Shown: positions 58,216 through 64,000 of the stretch, one piece after another
How positions within the stretch are numbered: position 1 is the stretch's first letter
Layout: each line of letters opens with the position of its first letter
NCBI RefSeq assembly: GCF_009914755.1
Contig: NC_060932.1
DNA: 64,000 bases
Reading direction: 5' to 3' (one strand)
Source: the human T2T-CHM13v2.0 reference genome, Homo sapiens
Notes under the pieces: generated by a model
Databases searched by the model: none
Told to the model about the DNA's origin: nothing
Seen by the model: the letters and a program-made list of their open reading frames with translations, nothing else
Translations under genes and position numbers: made by a program

Positions 58216-58353
58216 CCTGCTGTTTTACTTTTTATTTTATTGAGAGACAGAATCTATGTTGTCCAGGCTGGTATTGGAACTCCTGGCCTCAAGTGATCAT
58301 TCCACCTTGGCGTCTCAAGTTGCTGGTATTACAGGTGTGAGCCAGCATACTCA
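58216..58353 (-). mobile_element. AluJo linker and left monomer, other half of the split Alu
   Basis: ctatgttgtccaggctgg...cctggcctcaagtgatc...acaggtgtgagcc. Confidence 0.88.
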
Positions 58354-58653
58354 TTCTATTTTTGTTTTTTTTCTAATATTATATATTTGTGTCACAAGGT
58401 CACTTATTTGAGTATTTTCTTTATGAACACTTTTGAAACATTAACTTTCATTAAAAAATTAACATCTTTTCTGTATATGTAAATATTGTGTGTCTTATGA
58501 CTCAATGAAGATAACATGTACATTAGAAGAAATCATTCGGAATCTGGTACCTTAAACCACTCAGCCCTCCTGACACTCTCTACTTATTTTGAGAATGAAT
58601 AAGACTCTTAGTAAACATCAACTCAACTGGGCAGAGGTAACAGATGTCAAAAC

Positions 58654-59011
58654 TGTATTAGCCATGTGTCCCCATCCAAATCTCATCTCAAATTGCAGTT
58701 CCTAGAATCCCCACATGTGGTGGTAGGGACCATGTGGGAGGTAACTGAATCATGCGTTGGTTTCGCCCATGCTACTCTCAAGAGGGTGAGTAAGTACCCA
58801 CAAGATCTGATGGTTTTATAAGGGGATTCCCCCTTCACTCAGCTATCAGTCTCTTTCCTGCCACCCGATGAAGAGGTGACTTCTGCCATGATTGTAAGTT
58901 TCCTGATGCCTCCCCAGCCGTGCTGAACCACAAGTCAATTAAACCTCTTTTATTTATAAATTACCCAGTCTCAGGTATTTCTTCATAGCAGCATGAGAGA
59001 AGACTAATATG
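58654..59011 (+). mobile_element. THE1D-like 5' LTR
   Basis: tgtgtccccatccaaatctcatc...gtcaattaaacctc...gactaatat. Confidence 0.92.
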
Positions 59012-60020
59012 GTAAATTGGTACCAGAAGAGTGGGGTGCTGCTATAAGGATACCTGAAAATGTGGAATTGACTTTGGAACTGGATAACAGGCAGGGGTGG
59101 GGACAGTTTGGAGGGCTCAGAAGACAGGAAAATGTGGGAAAGTCTGGGACTTCCTGGAGACTTGGAGGGCTCAGAAGACAGGAAGATTTAGAAAAGTTTG
59201 GAACTTCCTAGAGACTTGTTGAATGACTTGGACCAAAATGCTGACAGTGATATGGACAATGAAGCCCAAGCTGAGATGGTCTCAGATGGAGACGAGGAAC
59301 TTGTTGGTAAATGGAGCAAAGAGGACACTTGTTCTGCTTCAGCAAAGAGACTGGAGGCATTTTGGCCCTATCTTAGAGCTCTGTGTAACATTGAACTTGA
59401 GAGAGATTATTTAGGCTATCTGGCAGAAGAAATCTCTAAGTGGCAAAGCATTCAAGAGGATGGCTAGCATAAAGGATGGGAAAATTTACAGCCTGACAAG
59501 GCAATAGCAAAGAAAAAACTATTTTCTGGGAGAGAAATTCAAACCTACTGCAGAAATTTGCACAAGTGACAAGGAGCTGAATGTTATTCACCAAGACAAT
59601 GGGGAGAATGACTCCAAGGCATGTCAGAGACCTTTGTGGCAGCCCCTCCCATCACAGGCCCTGAGGCCTAGGAGGAAATAATGGTTTCCTGGGGTGGGTC
59701 CAGGGCCCCCTTGCTGTGTGCAGCCTAGGGATTTGGTGCCCTGCATCCCAGCTGCCCCAGCCATGGCTTAAAGGGGCCAAGGTAAAGCTCAGCCAATGGC
59801 TTCGTAGGGTGAAAACCCCAAGCCTTGGCAGTTTACACGTGGTGTTGAGACTGCAGGTACACAGAAGTCAAGAACTGAGATTTGGAAACCTCTACCTGGA
59901 TTTCAGAGGATGTAGGGAAATACCTGCATGTCTAAGCAGAAGTTTGCTGCAGGGGCGGGGCCCTCATGGAGAACTCCTGCTAGGGCAGTGCAGAAAGGAA
60001 ATGTTGGGGCCCACTGGAAC
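59012..60020 (+). mobile_element. THE1 internal sequence, truncated, no 3' LTR
   Basis: gtaaattggtaccag start; ORF 59198-59467 (DQNADSDMDNE...VSDGDEELVG.WSK...LGYLAEEISK) is the MaLR internal ORF remnant. Confidence 0.93.
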
Positions 60021-61439
60021 ACAGCACAATTTAAGCATCAAATAAATACTATCCCTGTTTTCAAGATTTCCATGTCATTATTAGTTGGCCATTTTACTTT
60101 TAGAAAATGTTATTATGTACAGAAATCGTTTTAAAAACTCCCACCCAGTTGATATAAAAAATCATTGACCCAATGAGGAAAGTATAGAAATCAATGAAGA
60201 AAGTATACAAGTCCTTTTTCTAACAGGAATTTGGAAGGCAATAATCCTCTCCCCACGGTTACCACTTCTTTTATTTTACAATTCATCTTCTTGAGTTCTA
60301 AAACTATTTATCATAAAGTATGTTACTTACAGGCTTTAATTTTATAGATGCCATTCTCTGGAAGTACACTGGTTTATCAAAGTTATCATTACCTAAATGC
60401 AACTTACAGAAGACAGAAAAATAAACTATGTACATGAAGATGGTTATTAACAGCATTGTTTCTGAAAGAAAAAAAGCAAGACTTTGGAAATATTAGTGCC
60501 AAACACTTTGGAAATGCTTCAGCACTTTATACTCTACTAACTTGATAAAGTAATCCCACCACTTAAACCATTATTAAGTCTGTTTAACAATAATTTTAAA
60601 ATACTTACATATTTTAAGTGAAAAAGGAGTATGAAGTAAAATGTACCCTACAATCACATTATTTTCATTTTTTATATTAGATTATGTAATTTAAGACAGC
60701 ATGTACCTAAATAATCTGTTTAAAAAGTCCATTCTATTATAAAACTAAAACTATGTCCATTTTAAATAAGCACTGTTATTAAAGCCACCTGAAATGTGTA
60801 GTAAAAATATGGGAATAAAATGCTTTTTAATATGTTACATAATTAATAAAAAATTTTTTACTAGATAAAAGTCTCATTTCTGCCTACATATTTTACTTCA
60901 TATACTGTAAATAAGATTACCATAATACAGTAGTGGATTCTAAAAAAGCAAAAGTATTACTCCATTTTCTTGATCTCAAAAATAGCATTATACAAATTAA
61001 AAAATTATTTTTATGTAAATATTAAATTAATTTTTTAACTGTACTTTCAGAAATTAAAAATACATTTTGGAAGAAAACTAATAATGGAAAAAAGATATAA
61101 CAATAAGACACTTACTTTATAAAGATATTTAGAATCCATTTATTTCTTCATCATAGTAATTTAAAATAATATTTGAGGACTTAACGAGATGACCTTTAGT
61201 GATACTGCTAAACTTTTTATTTTTCTATTCTAGTTATATGCTCTTGAGCAAAAAGTTGGATGCATTTTGTAAAAATCAACCCTTTAAATAAAGATTCACT
61301 TTAAGAAAAAGGCAAGACAGAATTTGATTTCCAGGAGAACCCCAATTTTCTTTCAGTATCTGATGGAGAGTACATCAGCTACTTGTAACAGAGCCCCAGT
61401 GACCTCTGGTGAAAGAAAGATCCAGTATTAACCAGTCTA

Positions 61440-61862
61440 ACCCTGGCATGGTGATTCTGCAAAGTCAGGAGAGACTCAAGACTCTTCCATCCTTTCACTA
61501 AACTATCCTTAGCATTTGACCTCTGTATTCAAGTTCCCCTTCTGAACTAAGAAGTGAATTGCAAGTCCACAGGACTTCACCTACTAGGCAGAGGAAGGAG
61601 GGAGCGGCAAGGGCAAAATAAAAAAAAAATTTTTTTTTTAAATTTAAAAAGCGTAGAACCCTCCAGCTGAATCTACTCCTTTGAAGCAACCTTCTCTAAA
61701 ACCTCATGCCCCTTTGCCTACTTCTCGCTGGCCTGCAGTAATTCACATGACCACACCCAAACCTAACCTAGCAAATGTAGTCTTATAGCTAAGCATTGGC
61801 TTCTTTTACTAGAGAAGAAGAAGAAATGGAGGTTGGATACACAAAAAGCAGTCTCTGCCTTT
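61440..61862 (-). mobile_element. MLT1J/K-like LTR remnant
   Basis: tcacatgaccacacc...aaatgtagtctt...gaagaagaaatgga...agcagtctctgcc matches the reverse complement of the MLT1J/K start. Confidence 0.6.
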
Positions 61863-62398
61863 CATTGATAAGTATTATAAACAGAGGTATTTTTGTAAAA
61901 AGTATTTTCTTAAAACAATTCATAATGTTTAACAAGAAAAAATGTAGATAATTGGTAAACCACTGTTTTGCACAGAGGTTAGCTATTCCAAAACTATTAT
62001 GTACTCTACCTATAAGGAATATTCTTCAGGATTAAATCTCACCATTGAACCAGCATCTACACTTTTTCAAGATGTTAAGTTGTATATTTTGCCTCCTTTT
62101 TTCATGGCACACTATAAATGTTACCTGGTCATTTGGAAATATGTGATCCTAACACATGTGTTTAGGAAAAATCAGGTACATTAATTTTAAATACCAAAAA
62201 GACATAAAAATGTCTATCACTCTAGTGGGTGTGTCTAAAATTTTTTTAATACTTAACCTGTTGTACCTCATACTATAGATAGAGCAAAAAGAGGAATAGG
62301 GAAGGGGTTAATCCTGGCCCATAAGTTTATGTAAGGTGCATATGAAAATGGAAAGGAATATTTTTTATTTTGCATCTCTATGAATTTCATTAGCTACT

Positions 62399-62757
62399 TG
62401 ATATGGTTTGGCTGCATATCCACCCAAATCTCATCATGAATTGTAATTCACAGGTTTTGGAGGAGGGGCCTGGTGGAAGGTGATTAAGTCATGTGGGTGA
62501 ACTTCCCCCATGCTGTTTTCCTGATAGAGTTCCCAGGAGATCTGGTTCTTTGAAAAGTCTGTGGTGTTTCCACCTTCTCTCTTTCTCTCCTTCTGCCATG
62601 TAAGACGTGCTTTGCTTCCCTTTCCCCTTCTGCCATGATTGTAAGTTTCCTGAGGCCTCCCCAGCCATATGGAGGAGTGAGTCAATTAAACATTTTTTCT
62701 TTATAAATTACCCAGTGTCTAGTACGTTTTATAGCAATGTAAGAACAGACTAATACA
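62399..62757 (+). mobile_element. MSTA-like solo LTR
   Basis: tgatatggtttggc...ggaggaggggcctggtgg...gaacagactaataca. Confidence 0.93.
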
Positions 62758-63097
62758 CTATACTACTCAACATTAAAAAATTCAAAATATAGAGGTGGAA
62801 TGCTAGTCTCACTCATATACCACACAAGCAAACAAAAAACATCAGAAAAAAAGATGACAACCATAATGGTTTTATCTTCTGCACATGTTAGTATTTTAAA
62901 CACCAAAGGATATCAAGAACAAAGGAAACTAGCTCCGAATACCAGGTTAACTTTATATCTATAATTTCAATTATGAGTGTTTCTGAATTATATTGAATGA
63001 CTGATAAGTTAGAAAGTCTTTGAAGAAAAGTGACCATTCCTTCTAGCCAATCTACAAAAGATCTATGAATACCAAATAACGAAGATCGTATTGGTCA

Positions 63098-63140
63098 TGT
63101 ATATGTGTGTATGTGTGTTTGTGTTGTGTGTGTATGTGTA
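63098..63140. repeat. Imperfect (TG)n
   Basis: Read directly. Confidence 0.85.
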
Positions 63141-63479
63141 CACAAACTCAGTGTATTGAAACAGAGAAGATAAACAGAAATTATATGGGTTGGTCATTAC
63201 ATCAGCAAATATATGCATATGCTACTGGCATTTCATTGATATTTGAATATGTAATCTCATTTGCTTTACTAAGGAAATGAATCATTTTTATGAGGAAAAA
63301 ATCCTATGAAGTATGGTAAGTGATATACTTATTTTAGAATATTTACAAAGCAAATTATAAATTTGGAAGATGGATGTAGCACTATATAATGTAACAATAA
63401 TTTTCCTATTAAGATTAAAATGCTTAAACTCCTAAATATAAGAAAGTACAGACAGATTATGTTTATTTTCACCTTGTTT

Positions 63480-64000
63480 ACTTCCAGGGAAAGAACAGAT
63501 CGTAAAGTAAATGGCCAAGGTAAGAACGGACAGAGATCAGGGAAACACCATATAGAATGGCAAAAATAAATGTGAGGAAATTATTATAGACTTGCATTTG
63601 GAGTTGGGGGAAAATCAGGCAGAGACTAAAGGATAGAAAACTTGCTAGAAGGATCAAGATCATGTGGTCAACAAATTAAGAAATGACTGAAATGATTCAC
63701 TGACAAAAAATCAAAATGTTCTGAGGTAAGGAAAAAGAGCACCAAATTTTTATGTGCTTTAAAAATATACAAGAGGATGGTTAGAAAAGCAGACTGAAAT
63801 ATGGGGAAACCTGGCAAGTTTCCTAATGAGAAACTGACAAACTGGAAATCAAATCCCAATCATAGCACATGGAAAGCAGTCCAAATATGAGAGAAGGGAT
63901 GTTTTCTAGCAAAGCTCAGTCCTGGGCAGGAGCACTTTTAAAATATGGAAAAGAAATTAGGAAAGAGAGTAATGTTGGAAGATGAACAAATCTTCCCTTG
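63480..64000 (-). mobile_element. Probable ancient L2 remnant
   Basis: Purine-rich tract with gatcatgtggtcaa...aatg motif reminiscent of antisense L2. Confidence 0.4.

Noticed and set aside
59017-60134. Five ORFs of 63-109 aa
   Set aside because: Fragments of decayed THE1 internal sequence, not host genes

Overview
AT-rich, CpG-depleted, non-coding primate DNA, most likely human (AluY, L1PA3/4-type, THE1 and MST elements). It is either a large intron or intergenic. I find no host protein-coding exon, RNA gene, CpG island or CRISPR array that I can support. The ORFs in the track derive from Alu, L1 or MaLR sequence or microsatellites, or match nothing I recognise. The window holds about 22 Alu-family insertions, three L1PA 3' ends, older L1M/HAL1, L2 and MIR remnants, seven LTR-class elements and four to five DNA transposons. 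The first ~33 kb is comparatively poor in LINE/LTR sequence and has unique, motif-dense blocks that look like developmental enhancers; the rest is repeat-dense. I see no evidence for a new multi-gene system. The best-supported unusual structures are: (1) an AluY with a 5' inversion in twin-priming architecture and a TSD (13553-13882); (2) an AluJ split by an L1PA carrying a probable ~53-nt 3' transduction (57367-58353); (3) a near-perfect 48-bp tandem duplication plus several older ones; (4) two oppositely oriented MER47A copies; (5) a few candidate cryptic or non-coding exons. Repeat subfamily names come from remembered consensus sequences, and boundaries of old elements are approximate. All need RepeatMasker/Dfam confirmation.
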